Assembly: GCA_977017645.1 (NCBI GenBank)
Contig: OZ360234.1
Span: 10,540,001 to 10,604,000, forward strand
Reading direction: 5' to 3'
DNA length: 64,000 nt
DNA from: Torpedo marmorata
Taxonomy: Eukaryota
In this document: piece by piece, positions 37,123-51,000 of the stretch
How positions within the stretch are numbered: position 1 is the stretch's first letter
How the letters are laid out: each line of letters opens with the position of its first letter
Notes under the pieces: model-generated
Told to the model about the DNA's origin: nothing
Databases searched by the model: none
The model's input: the letters and a program-made list of their open reading frames with translations, nothing else
Program-made: the position numbers and the translations under genes

Positions 37123-39811
37123 GGTGAATGGGAAGAAAATGACCCTTTTAAAAAGCTTATAGTGCTTAAATAAAATTTATCAATCCAGATATCCACGCAA
37201 AATGTGTTTTGACGTCATATGTGCCGTGTGCTGTTCAGAGAAGTGTCTGCAAAGGACAAGATGAGGATTTAGAATGAAGCAGGTCTTAACTGATGTAAAG
37301 AGGGCCCAAATGTTACTGGGAGACCAACGTGTTATCTTCCTTCTTTATTTTTTCTCGGTTAGCGATTGCTCTCACAGCCCCCATCTCACCTTCAATGTAA
37401 TTTGGCCACATCTACAATCTTCTCTCTGACTGACATCATCTCCCGATCATCTTTTTGAATGACCACACCCAGAGCTTTTCCTTCACAAACCCTTGCAGAA
37501 ATTCTCTCCTGACTCTTTTCATGGCCTGCTCATCCTCATATTCTTCTCGATTGCACCCCCACAATGTTCCCCCCTGCATTCATCTAACTTCCACTTCCCC
37601 ATCTTCCCTGCACCCCCTCCACCCCCTGCTTTGCACTGCCGATACCCCTACAATCAACTTTCATCCTTTCATATGATGTTTCTTCTATTGTGATAAAGAA
37701 ACTTGGGTTCTTTTGTATTACTTATATTTTATTATCAACTCACGACCTCGTGGGACACATCCATTTTGTGCATCTCAACCGAAGATCAAACTGCTGAAGG
37801 AACTTAGTGGGTCAAGCATCATGTGTGAGAGAAAAATATTGTTGAACTTTCAGGTTGAGTCTCTGCATCAGTTCCCCCAGCAGATTGTTCTCAGAACCAG
37901 ATTCCAGCCACTCCATTTCAATTCTGTAATCTTCACCACCTACAAAGGCAAGCAATCAAGGAAGACAAGTCAAACCTGCAGCACCTGCTGTCTTGGGTCT
38001 TGTGCAGGGCATAATATTGCTTCTTGGAACCCTGGCATATTTTCAGGCTCATGATAACATTGAAGCAATTAAATTTTAATTAACACTCTGAAATCACACA
38101 GTCTGTATGATCAATTAAACAATATTAATGATCCAGAATTTAATTTTAAAATATATCGTCTTCTCCACACTGAGTAGACACCAGGTGCTGCCCATCTTTT
38201 TATACATTAGAATTATTTTAATTTTGCATAAGTATGAGACTTTCTCAGCTTTCTTAACAACATTCCACCAAACTGGTAGGAAACTACTCCAGACGTTTGT
38301 ATGCATTGGTCTGGAGCACTGAAAGGCTCTTATCTCATCGCTCTGAACTTCCAGCAGGATCAGTCAGTCTAAAACTGGAAATTCCTTTTGTCATAATGAA
38401 TACAGCAGTGTGGGCATTATAGCATGTGCCCGGTGCTATTATTTCACAGGAAATTATCATTGCACTGTTTATGAGCTCCAAATCCAAAATTAATTTCAAA
38501 GCAGTGGTTAAAAAGAATGCTACAAAGGATTCCATTGTCGAAGCCAGACACCTCAAAATCAGTGTGGTTTATCATTGTTGTCATGAGAGTAATATCTGGT
38601 ACACTTTATAGAAACACTGTTGTAAAATTGCATAAAGTGGCAATAATAATTGGAATATCATGCATCTACTACTAGCCACACACTGTCAATATGCAGACCA
38701 AGACAAAGGTGGTAAAGCCACCTTACATTGCAGAGACACACAACAGCTTTAAAATGACATGTCTCCTGTATTGACATGTAATATGTATTGTACCCATTTG
38801 CAACAAAGAAAATAAAAATCCAGCGAAATAAATCTGCAGCCTAACGATAACAAGAATGTTGTTTCTCGGATACAAACACTACTCTGTTAAAATGTGCCTT
38901 GCTTTTCTCGTAAATATAATTTAACTCTCGATTATCGATCTCTGTTTGCTACCTTACATGTAATTTTACTCCAAGCTCTCATTTTTCCCCTTTGAAAATG
39001 GCCTCTCTCCATTCCAGCTGTTTTTATCCAAACGGTTGCCAAACTATCTGCTTAAATCAGATTGCATAAATTCTCCATTTCTCGAATGAAATGTTCTCAG
39101 TCATACAATACTGAAAGTCATAAATACGTGCCTCGCGTGATTTTGTCAGTGAACCAAACAGGGCAGAAAATCACATGCTCGAAGCTTCCCCCATGGACTC
39201 ATTTCACCTTTTATCAGCCAATCTATTCCGTTTATACTTTCCTTTCTGTATTTGGCACCAGTCTACTCTGCTTTCCCACTTCATGAACCTTGTCAATTGC
39301 AGTTTTTTCTCCTTATTCTGGAACTCTCTCCCTCATCATCTGTTCTCCCTTTGTTCTCTGTTATGTCTTCAAAACAACCTTATTCCCTGTCTTTGAAATC
39401 TTGCCTATGCCTCAAGAGGTAGCGACAAGATGTCTCAGATCTGAGGGAAAGGTGCCTCATGACTTTAGCTGAAGGCTTCGGCAATATACTGGGAGAGGAA
39501 GAAAATGGCAACAGAAAAAAAAGGCAAACATTCCAAAGATTGTCTTGTATTTGTCTCCAAATTCTACTCTGCAGGAAAAGCAACAGGTTCCATGCCAAAC
39601 TGTTGTGCTTTAAATATCTCCGTCCTCATTTTTATCATTGTGTTTCAGAATAAACTGGCATTTAGAACTTGCTCTTCAAACAAAAGTGATCCAAGACTAT
39701 TGGTTGGATGCAATGATCCATTTAAAATCAATTTAGATTTTATTTTATTTCTCGCTTTAGTAACTTATAGGAAAGCACCAAACATTCTGTTGAATTTAAG
39801 ATCATTAAAAA

Positions 39812-42243
39812 AGATTGAAAGAATACGGGGAGATATCTGGTTATAAGGTTAATTCTGAAATTATGGCATTGACACAAGGGGATAATAGTAAATGTAAAGA
39901 AATTACACAATTTAAATGGTCAAAGGAAGGAATTAAATATTTGGGAATAAAGATTGATACAAAATTAGCTAATTTATATAAATTAAATTATTTACCATTA
40001 TTTATGAAAATTAAAAAAGATTTAGAAAGTTGGAAGGATTTACCTATAACTTTAATAGGAAGGGTAAACTGTATTAAAATGAATGTCTTTCTAAGAATTC
40101 AATATCTTTTTCAATCAATTCCTTACGAAATTCCTCCGAAATTCTTTAAGGATTTAAATTTAATTATTAGGAAGTTTTTGTGGAAAGGAAAGTTGGCTAG
40201 AGTAGGTATGGAGAAATTAACTTGGAATTATGAAATGGGTGGTTTACAACTTCTTAATTTTCAAAATTATTATAAAGCAGCTCAATTAAAATTTGTTAAT
40301 GAAATGTTTGATTTAGGAAAATCTTCTGCTTGGATTAGAATAGAACTAAATAATATAGGAGAAGATTTGAAAGAAGAAGTTATTTATAAATGGATTTCTA
40401 AATTATTATTAACAAGAGGGAAAAATTCTCCTATTTTTAAACTTTTGTTAGAAATATGGAATAGAGTGGATAGGGAGATAGGAGGGAAAGGGTCAATTTC
40501 TCGAAAAATGCCTTTATATCAAAATAAACATTCCATTTACTGTTGATAATCAATTATTTAAAATTTAGTTCCAAAAGGGAATTAAGAAAATAAATGATTG
40601 TTTTGAAGCTAGTAAATTTATTACTTTTCAAAGAATAAAATAAAAATAAAAAAGTAGCTGAACGAAGTTCTGCATGCCATCTTTCTAACTCTAAATCTAC
40701 ATCAGATTTCCATGTAATAGCAATGCATTTCTTAGAAACAGCTGAAGCAATTCACAAAAATTCTATTTGATACATATTTAATTTTATCTTAATACTAATT
40801 CTTTTAATATCTCCAAACAAAAATATCATAGGATCCATTGGGAGTGTAATTCTTAATACTTTGTCTAAAAACTTTTTAACTTTCAACCAAAAATCATATA
40901 TCTTTGGACAAAGCCATGTAGAATGTACAAAAGAACCTTCCTCTCTATTACATCTAAAACATAAACCTGATAATGTTGAATTAAATTTCTTTAATTTTTT
41001 AGGCGTTAAATATAATTGATGAAAAAAATTATATTGAACTAATCTATATCTAACGTTAATAATCTTCATCATACTTAGTTTACATAATTCTTTCCAATGT
41101 TCTGCATCTATTGTTACATTCAGATCTGATTTCCATTTTAATCTTGATTTATGAATTCCTAATTTAGACATTTTCCTCTGTATACATTTGAGAAATAAAT
41201 TTATTTACACCTCCATTAGTAACTAATAATTCCAGTTCACTCTGTTTTTGCTTATTATCAAATTAGAGCATTTTTAGTTGAAAAGTTGGGTTATAGTTTG
41301 ACTTTACCAAGACAGAGTGAACTGGAATTATTAGTTACTAATGGAGGTGTAAATAAATTTATTTCTCAAATGTTACAGAGGAAAATGTCTAAATTAGGAA
41401 TTCATAAATCAAGATTAAAATGGGAATCAGATCTGAATGTAACAATAGATGCAGAACATTGGAAAGAATTATGTAAACTAAGTATGATGAAGATTATTAA
41501 CGTTAGATATAGATTAGTGCAATATAATTTTTTTCATCAATTATATTTAACGCCTCAAAAATTAAAGAAATTTAATTCGACATTATCACGATTATGTTTT
41601 AGATGTAATAGAGAGGAAGGTTCTTTTGTACATTTTACATGGCTTTGTCCAAAGATATATGATTTTTGGTTGAAAGTTAAAAAGTTTTTAGACAAAGTAT
41701 TAAGAATTATACTTCCAATGGATCCTATGATATTTTTGTTTGGAGATATTAAAAGAATTAGTATTAAGATGAAATTAAATATGTATCAAATATAATTTTT
41801 GCGAATTGCTTCAGCTGTTTCTAAGAAATGCATTGCTATTACATGGAAATCTGATGTAGATTTAGAGCTAGAAAGATGGCATGCAGAACTTCGTTCAGCT
41901 ATACCACTTGAAAAAATTACTTATAATTTACGTAATAAATATCATTTCTTTTTGAAAATATGGAGCCCATATATAAAAACTGTTGGTTTAAGGATTTGAA
42001 GATCTCTGGATATCAGATCTGACTGGCGAACCTATCTTCCACAATAAAATCAGTTTATAGTTGTTCTTTTTTAGATTGACATTATCTTTTTATTTCTTTC
42101 TTTTTTATTTTAGTAGATTAGTAGGGGTGGGAGGGTTAGGGTGGGGAGGGAGGGTGAAAATGTATCACATGTATTTTGATAATTTTGCATTTTAATTTAT
42201 GTATTCTGTAATTTAAAAATTTTAAATAAAATATATATTTTTT
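39812..42243 (+). mobile_element. L1 subfamily X, 5'-truncated, with an internal inverted duplication
   Basis: Plus-strand ORF 39815-40546, minus-strand 40752-41171, plus-strand 41286-41999, then 3' UTR with AATAAA near 42225. Confidence 0.9.
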
Positions 42244-43286
42244 TAAATTACTACTTTGCATCTTCTAATTGTTCCATTGATTTTAAGTCTGATGTTACAT
42301 AACATTAGACACTCAAAGGAAGTTGCTTTCCTGCATGCTATATATAATATGAGATTTTTCATTTTATCTGAAACATGGTATCTAAAGGAATAGATCTGTA
42401 CTTTTAAAAGGCCCAGGTGAGTATCTTGTAATTCTGCAGACAAAGCCCATTTATTTCACACTTTCTTGAAATAAATTAAGTATCTGACAGATTGGTATGC
42501 CATGATGGGTAGATATAAACTGTTACTTACTATGTTTTATGATTTCATGGCGTCCCAAGTGAATAATAGTGATGTCATCCTTCAAACCTAATTTTATTAT
42601 TTTAAATATAGCTGCGAGTTCAAACATGGCCTGCTCTCCCTGTCCACAGGGTGACAATGACAAGATGATATTGAGTGAGAATATTCTTTGACAGGGTTAA
42701 TCAATTACCTTTGGAATAATCTTTAATATTTACCTTGGAATTTGGCTGGGACCTCAGTTATACTGCATTGGTAAGGATTGGAGGTGTTCTGATGGCAGAG
42801 TCCCATTGTATTAAGACTCCATGGAACCATTCATGTATGCTATCTTTCAGATTTGTGTACAAAAGCCCTAAAGCTTGGTCAAAGGTAGGTTTTAAAGAGT
42901 GTCTCGAAGAAGGAATGATGGGTAAGGAGATGGAACTCAATAGAGGAGAGCCTTGGCAACTGAAATAATGGCCGCCAATAATTAAATGAATGGATTACCC
43001 AGTTACCCACCAAAACAGTAAGCTTTGATGCATTGAAGAAGGAAAATGAGAGATAGTTAAAACTCTGAGCTGCAATGTTTATTCTAAGCAAGATTTCTCC
43101 TGAATGTGTCAGCTGTTCATGATCCAAAGCAATCTGGACGGATCTATGGTTCTACGGAATCTTGCCAAGTAAATTGTTGGATATTATTTCTTTTAATTCA
43201 TTTACAGTAAAACCCCTGCTATCCGGAAATCAAGCATCTGGCAGCCTCAAGCAACCGGCAAAGAAATCGCGGAAAATAACTAGGTA

Positions 43287-44123
43287 TATTGGCCTTCATA
43301 AATCAAAGTATTGAGTACAGGAGTTGGGATGTTATGTTAAAGTTGTATAAGTCATCAGTGAGGCCAAATTTGGAGTATTGTGTGCAGTTTTGGTCACCTA
43401 ACTACAGGAAAGACATCAATAAGAGAAAGAGTGCAGAGAAGATTTACTAGGATGTTGCCCGGACTTCAGGAACTGAGTTACAGAGAAAGATTAAACAGGT
43501 TAGGACTTTATTCCCTGGAGCGTAGACGAATGAGGGGAGATTTGATAGAGGTATTTAAAATTATGAGGGGGATAGACAGAGTAAATGTAGATAGGCTTTT
43601 TCCTTTTTTCTTTTTAAAATATTTTTATTGAGTTTTTTAATAATAAGAAAACCTTAAGTACATATAATCTTAAATGAAAGCATAGTACAGATCATATCAT
43701 ATACGTATACATATCAAACATAAGTTAAAAATCAAAAGTGTGAATACAGTTGATATTGAGTAAAACAGAGATAAAAATACAATTAAAATTCCATTATATA
43801 TAAGCTTTTTCCACCGAGGGTAGGTGAGATACAAACCAGAGGACATGGGTTAAGAGTGAAAGGGGAAAAGTTTAGGGGGAACATGAGGGGGAACTTCTTC
43901 ACACAGATAGTGGTGGGGGTGTGGAACGAGCTTTCAGCTGAAGTCGTGAATGCGGCTCAATTTTAACATTTATTAAGAATTTGGACAGGTACATGGATGG
44001 GAGAGGTATGGAGGGCTATGGACTGGGTGCAGGTCAGTGGGACTAGGCAAAAAACAAATGGTTCGGCACAGACTAGAAGGGCTGAAGAGGCCTGTTTCTG
44101 TGCTGTAGTGTTCTATGGTTCTA
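43287..44123 (+). mobile_element. CR1 3' fragment (itself interrupted)
   Basis: RVQRRFTRMLPGLQELSYRERLNRLGLYSLERRRMRGDLIEVFKIM; (TTCTATGG)n tail. Confidence 0.88.
43604..43799 (-). mobile_element. Short polyA retro-insert (L1-type 3' UTR) inside the CR1
   Basis: PolyT plus TTTATT; TSD ATA(G/A)GCTTTTTCC at 43591-43603 and 43800-43812. Confidence 0.75.
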
Positions 44124-45408
44124 AAAAATATGGAAGTTTAAAATTGGTGTGCCTCGCCATTAATTCACTTATCCGGCATCTACCAATGCCCATACAAGTT
44201 AGGTGCCGGATACCAGGGGTTTTACTGTATTATAATGTCTTCTGGTTTTAGGTTCATTATTTAAATACATTTACATGAACTAAATCAAATTAAATTCCCC
44301 AGTCCCTGCAATAACAAGAAGAGCAGCTAGTTATATTTTGACTGAATTTACATTACCCATTTCAATGGCTTCTCCTGCATCATTTGTTACACAGCTGTAT
44401 TGTCCTTAAATGAAAATAAAATCATGCATAACTTCCCCAGCTACTTCTAATTTCCACATGATTAAACTCAGGTCTTCTGCTATTTGAACCCTATTTCACA
44501 GTGAACAATTTATTTTCTTGGTGTTTCAATTCTCTTCCATATCTTTTGAAGTTAAACTTACTCACGCCTTGTTCCCAGGTCTCTATTACAACTTGATGCT
44601 TGGAGGAACAAGAGAATGACAAAACTGACTGTTTTTCCTCACTCCTTCTAAAACGTGGTCCAATGTTTATGCTCTCTTGAGTCACAGACTGCAATAATCA
44701 TCGTGTCACTAATCCTTTTCTCTCCTCAACCACCCCTCTCCCTCCATGTCAACCGCAACCATTTATTTTCAGCATTCCTTTGCTGTTTCCTTCAAAGCTA
44801 AGGTGCCATTTCTGGATGATGAAACACTATTCCATTTAGAACATCTGCTGCTAAAAGCACACCCAGGAGAAGTAGTCAAAATGTGGATGCAACGTGAACT
44901 TTCCTCTTGCTGAACACAGCAAGTTGCGTTAATTAAAAGTGGACTGTATTTTTTATTTTCCTCACAGGTATCCCCCAAGAGATCCTTCAATAAATTACCA
45001 ATTTATGCCACTTTCAGTTCCTCTAATATTCTCTGGACGATAAGAATGTTCAGACTATTTCCAATCAACACAAAAATATATCTGGGCGCCAGGAGGGCAG
45101 GAAGGCGTTTTACTTTGATATGATCTTTGATTTTCCTTCCCTTGAGGAAATATTTTACTTTTAATTAATTGCCTTCCAGATGGTAGTGTTGGAAATATAT
45201 GTGGCGTGTGATGGAGAACATTAGTATGCCATCACACTTTTCCATGAGCTGTCCTTACTAATCAAGCATTTTGCAAGTTGGACTGCTTTAAGTATTTAGA
45301 GTTTCTGGGGTGATGTTTTGCCAGAGGACATTGCAAAACTACACTATATACCAGTATCCTGGAAAAAGAAATGTGTCTAATTCTCCATGTTTACACTTTA
45401 TTGTGATA

Positions 45409-45627
45409 CAGTAACACCCCTGTAAATCTAGACTTCAAGAAACAGGCAGCTTCAAGCAACTGGCAAAAAAAATCATGGAAAATAAATAGGTAAAAATTAC
45501 GGATGTTTAAAATTGGCACGCCTTGCTGTTAGTTCACCAATCCACGCAACAATCTCAAGCAACTGGAAAATTCACTTATCCGGCATTTACCAATCCCCAA
45601 AGGTGCTGGATTCCAACGGTTTTACTG
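45409..45627. mobile_element. Uninterrupted ~220-bp Tigger/mariner-type MITE
   Basis: TA|CAGTAACACCCCTG ... GGTTTTACTG|TA; internal sequence shared with 43205 and 10858. Confidence 0.8.
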
Positions 45628-45769
45628 TATTTAAATTTATTCTCAAATGCTGAATTATTTAAAAAAATCATCTTCTTACTTGTTGCTGGAAGTACATCAT
45701 AAATAACAAGATCCCATTTGCAGTTAGATATTTTTAGGTGGTGGCATGTGAGGAAATTATGTTGACCAG

Positions 45770-45882
45770 GATATGTATTTCTACCTTTGCTACATAAAAG
45801 ACACTGTTTGACCTGCTGAGTTTCTCCAGCAGTTGTGTTTTTTACTTCAACCATGGTGTCGACAGATTCTCGTGTTTTACTT
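45770..45882 (+). mobile_element. Penelope terminal-repeat fragment
   Basis: Reverse complement of 35801-35870 (TATGTATTTCTACCTTTGCTACATAAAAGACACTGTTTGACCTGCTGAG). Confidence 0.75.
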
Positions 45883-46199
45883 TTATCATAATATCTCTAT
45901 GGAATGTATCATGGAATCTATGATATTAACTTTAACAGGTACATGACTCCTAGACTAAACAGCAATCACTTACATTTATAAAAATGTATAACAAAGAGAG
46001 ATGTCCTTTAAAGTCTCACCAACAGTAACTCCTATATAATTAGTACTTGTTTTCTTCTCCTTAGGTTAGCAGGCATGTTTGCCAGCCTCCTGAAGTAACT
46101 CTGGTTGATCCAGATTACTAAGATTACTATGTAGCTCCACAGGATCTTCTGCGTATTGTGTCATTCCATGGCCACACAAACAACAATCCGGGGAGCCCC

Positions 46200-49100
46200 A
46201 AATGAACATTGAAAATAGTGAGACAGTCAAGAGACTCTTCTACTAAGTGAATACTACATTGCTCGCAACATTTCCTTAAACCCAGACCCAGATATGTTTA
46301 GAAATTAAGTTGCTGACTAAGGTTCATAGGGAACATCATTGCCTCTTGCACTCAACACGCTCGGAAATGTGGAGGCTGACAAATTGGAAATAGAAAGCAG
46401 AAGCCGAGTGAGATAATCACAACTTTTGCACTTAACTTAGCCAAGTTTAATCAACAATTGAATAAAAATGAAGTTATTATATACGCAGAAACTCTCTTTT
46501 GATCTTGAATGCAAAATTACAGCATCAAGGGAGAGATGACTTCAAGGAATAATGAAAAATTTCATCCAATTCAGGCAAGGTACAAATGTAACACCAAAGT
46601 ACAATAGCAAAGAATAGACTACATTTCCAAAGCAGAAGCCAAAGCATGTGCTTGAGAATGGTATAAATTGCTGTTATAACTCAAACAGAAGAATGTCTGT
46701 CAATTCAAAATGGCAAAATGTTTTAAATATCAGAAAAAAACACTACATATCCACAGCATACAACCTAAAGTAAAGGAGGTTAGTCAAATCAACTTAAGCA
46801 TTAGGAATTCTTCACAGAAGGGAAGTTTTCACAGCACAAAGCCACAGAGATCAAAATACTGCAGTATCAAAGCTGGTGTGAAAAGTGTAGAATAGGATTT
46901 ATATTACATTTGTACTATCAGCGGACATACTGGAAAGCAGAAAGGTATGGTTACATAGGTCAGTGCAGAAACAAGGGGACTGACACAGCAGTAGGTTGCT
47001 CAATGAGAATACATTTTTAAGTTTGTTCAAAAGAGCACAGTGAATTTGAAAACATAAACAGGTGACTAATTGAAAACTTCGGGATAGATGAAATGTTTAG
47101 TGAGTCACAATGGTCAGCAAATTAAACAGCCAGTGGTTATAGTGATTGCACTAATCAATCAACATCAATACACAAATATTGGTTGGAGAACTAAAACTGC
47201 ACTGGAATAAGATTTGCATCATCGATGCTTTGAAATCATATTTGGAACATGCTACTAGAAAATATTAGAAATGTTCTCAGATAACCACATGAATATTACA
47301 TATTATAATACCCAGGCTTTATATCAATTCAGATGCAAAGCCAAACACTAAGCTTTGACCACTCCCATATGCATTAGCATAAGTGAAAATAAAGGGGAGT
47401 CTGAGTCAAAATAAGCGGAGTATGAGTGGGTAACACTAACTGCAGTCCTGCAGACCTAAGTCTTTGACTGGTCAAGGTGACATTGAACCAGGAAGTTGAT
47501 GATTCCTGCGTAATGAGTCCATTACCCATCTCACAAGATCTATGTGGAGAAGTGGAAGGGGCAAACATTTTCATCAAACTAGATCTGTCACATGTATATG
47601 CCGGCTGAATGTAGATAACTGGAGTTAATGATATTTTATAGATGACACTCATGAGCATCAGAATTGTGTATAAATCAACCTTAATGTGTGAAATCAAAAT
47701 GAAAGCCACAATGAACAAGATACTACAAATACAATATTGTCCACATGATCAGGTGCTGTTCCAATAACCACAAGTACCAAAGAAGAAAATCATTTAATAT
47801 GAGAAGTGTTCAGTTGGCTACCCAAACACAATGTAAAGCTCAAAATAAGAAAAAGTTTAACCTGCTGGAGGTAGATGCAAATGGATTGCATGCAGTCAAC
47901 GTAAAGATGGATGCAATTGTAATGGCAAGAATTATAAAAACATAACAGATCTTGGTGCAGCTGAATTCTGGATTTTGCCAGCTTTAGCAGTACTACCAAT
48001 ACCATTACATCAGTTACTGAAGAAAGACAACAATGGATATAAATGAAAATGATTTATGAAAAAAAGTCTTGAAGAGAGTCTTTGTCAATTCACTCAAATT
48101 TAATGCGTACATTGAAACCTGCATGCAATGTTTCGGATGATGGAGTGCAGACATGAGTCATGTAATAGATGATAGTGAAGATGAAAAAAAATTGTACTCA
48201 CTCATATCACGTACCTTGACAAAGAATACGAGAAACTAAGTTCAATATTGAGAAAAAAATCATAGGAATTGTTTTTGGAATGGAAAATATCATCAATTCC
48301 TATTGGACAGACTTTGATCATTCACTGGAAGTGAGCATAATCCTTCATCCTAATACTGCCAATAGCTGGGTGGAGATTGAAATGAACCACTATCTTATCT
48401 CAGTATAATTACACCACCAGGTGTAGAACCTTTAAACAAGAAAGAAGTGCTTGCAGATGCAATGTCAAGATTACCAAAAGAGAATTCAAACACAGTGTTA
48501 AAGAATTACCATTTTGAAAATACAAGATCATTTTCAGGTCACAGTAATGGAGATAGCTGAGAAGACACAAAATGATATTGCACTCGACCAAGTATAAGAC
48601 AAGGCTTTATAGGATGGACTGAGTCAGATAACTACCCTGATGAAGTCATGAGATTGTACCATGACCAATAAGTTGTTGACAGAGCAAGGTTGTGTTAAAC
48701 AAGGACACAGTGTTATCAAACCAAGTGTATTGAGAATATCGATTTTGAGAAAAGCTTCACAATGAATATTCTGGTATCATGAGAACATAGGCACTTGCCA
48801 GAAGTTTGTTTATTCACCTGGGTTGGGTTGATGCATTGAAGAGCTTATGGACAAGTGTGTTATATGTCAAGATTGAGGACCAAGCCAGCAATTACAGCTT
48901 TACATTTTTGAAATGGCCAATTGAGACCTCACTGAAAAGTACACATTGATTATTGTAAGAAAATGTTAATAATTTCTTAGTATTCATATATAGTAATTTG
49001 AAATGGAATGAAGTGGAACAAATGAGGTTTTGTGCTTCAACAGACTTGAAATCCATTTTCTCGTGTCACCACTTCTCTAGAAGACGATCCTTATAAATAA

Positions 49101-49200
49101 TCCTCAGTATTGTTTATTCGTGTTTGAGAGTATTATGAAAAACAATGATATTAAGTGAAATTGAATGCAGTATATCAAAGAGACTGAGGAAAACGATATA
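46200..49200 (+). mobile_element. Heavily decayed Gypsy LTR retrotransposon internal region
   Basis: Remnants in Gypsy order: RT GANIFIKLDLSHVY (~47560), RNase H SRTLTK..RN (~48207) and ADAMSRLP (48453), integrase LHNE.SGIMRT.ALARS..C..C (~48755-48870). LTRs not identified. Confidence 0.7.
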
Positions 49201-49901
49201 AAGGTTACATCTGTAAATAATGAATGAGTGAATTACTCCTTATCAAAAATTGTGTTATCTATGTTTAACATATGTATGTGTGCAGTGTGGTCAGAGAAAG
49301 AGGAATAGGTGATGTGCAAGTGTTTTAACAGATCTCTAGGTTTCTAAGTAATTCATTATATTCCTGGAACTATGAACAGTTAAAACAAGAACTGATGCAA
49401 TGGGTGATCCAGTTCCCCAGTGAGACCCAAAATTGTGTTGTGTATTAGGATATCCCTCACTGTGCAGTAGACTATCAAAACCAAGATGCTTAATGTACAA
49501 ATGCAATTTATATGCAAAAAATAAATCAGAATTAAAGATTCTGGGCTGTGTAGGTCCTGGCAGGTTCTGCAAAAGCTTTTGGAGCAGGGGCTGGTGGCAT
49601 TACAGATCTGGAATGAGAAAGTATATTGAATTAGAATGTTATTAAGATTAAGAACTAACAGGTCAGCCTAAGACAATGGACAGCAGCAGCTTGGATCCAG
49701 CCTGCTGCTGACCTCGCCAATCACTCTGCCTATAAACTGTCAAGGAAATGGAGGAATGATTAAGCTGATCTTGAGGCAGTTGAAGGTGGTGGCTTGGCTC
49801 AGGTGATGGAATCAATGTAACATGAGGACTTGCCAAAGATTGTACTCACAACCTTTAAACAACTTTTAAAATCTAGTGTAGATCTCAGAGTCTGAATGCA
49901 T

Positions 49902-50063
49902 TTAAAGTTAAAGTTAAAGTTCAGATTTATTGTCAAAGTACATACATGACATCACATACAACCCTAAGATTATTTTTCCTGCAGGCAAGGCAGAATTACC
50001 ACTTATTGGTAGTGCAGAAAACTGTACTCAAGAAGATACGTATACATGTAAACAAATAACAAA
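49902..50063 (-). mobile_element. 3' end of a Rex1-type retroelement, (AACTTT)n tail
   Basis: Minus-strand TGACAATAAATCTGA end motif; near copy at 50283. Confidence 0.6.
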
Positions 50064-50282
50064 TTTACAAGTCCAATGGCAGATACAGACCTCCATCATT
50101 CACCTGCAGGTAAGGAAATTGGAGGTGAGCTGAGAGTACTTGTAGTGATAATGGAGGAGGGTACAATCCATTCCAACAATTGGACAGGAATTTCTACACC
50201 TCTATCCCTTCCCATGATGGACAAGGACCTTTCACTTCTTCCCTGAACAATGATCCAACCTATCTCCTCCACCAGCATTTTA

Positions 50283-50527
50283 CAGATTCAGATTTCAGAT
50301 TTATTGTCAGAGTACATACATGACATCACATACAACCCTGAGATTTCTTTTTCCTGCGGGCGCGGCAGAATTACCACTAATTGGTAGTACAAAAATTAAA
50401 CTGCACACAGCGTGAACATGTAAACAATCAAAAGAACTGTAAACAGATTACAAATGTAAACGAACTGACTGTGCAATACAGAGAGAGCAAGAAAATCAAT
50501 AAAGTGCACAAGTAAGAGTCCTTAAAT
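50283..50527 (-). mobile_element. 3' end of the same retroelement, (AATCTG)n-like tail
   Basis: Shares ATTTATTGTCA.AGTACATACATGACATCACATACAACCCT.AGATT with 49902. Confidence 0.6.
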
Positions 50528-50719
50528 TCTGCGTGTCATTGAATTTATTATCATATTTAATTCCATTCTCTTCCTCAAATAAGAAGTATAACAAAGTGAT
50601 TCTGCACAAGTCTAGGCTTTGCCTGTCTCTTTGTTGGATGTGTGGAACAGTCCTTTTTTATATTCAAACAGGTTCTCTCTCTTCTCATTTTGCTGCCCTT
50701 TTTGCTACTCTTGTATACA

Positions 50720-51000
50720 ACTTTGCATCCAATTTTCACTCACTCTCATTTTCCCCTCGTCGATCACTGACTCCACCTTCCACTTTTCAAACTCCATCTG
50801 CATTTCAGGGGATATACTAGTGGTCAAGAAAGATTGGTTACAAACTTTCAGACTTCCCCATCCATTTTGACTACACTTCTGTCCAGTAAAAGACTCTCCT
50901 CCACTTTTCTTGTTTCTCAAACTCTATTGCATCTGTCCTGATGACACTTTCGCAACAGTGCTTTCAAGATATGTTCCTTTATTCCTTAACTGGATGTTTC
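50720..51000 (+). mobile_element. Decayed Penelope RT/thumb fragment
   Basis: Degenerate FDYTS...KDS.P.S.FL.L..IC pattern near 50865-50940. Confidence 0.4.

Larger units (their letters stand above)
35801..37125 (-). mobile_element. Penelope-like element: GIY-YIG end plus terminal repeats with hammerhead cores
   Basis: GIY-YIG ORF with PLTR-type segments at 35801-35910 and 36990-37125 in the same orientation. Confidence 0.88.
43205..44227. mobile_element. Tigger/mariner-type MITE with a nested CR1
   Basis: TIRs CAGTAAAACCCCTG.TATCCGG at both ends; TA flanks. Confidence 0.85.
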
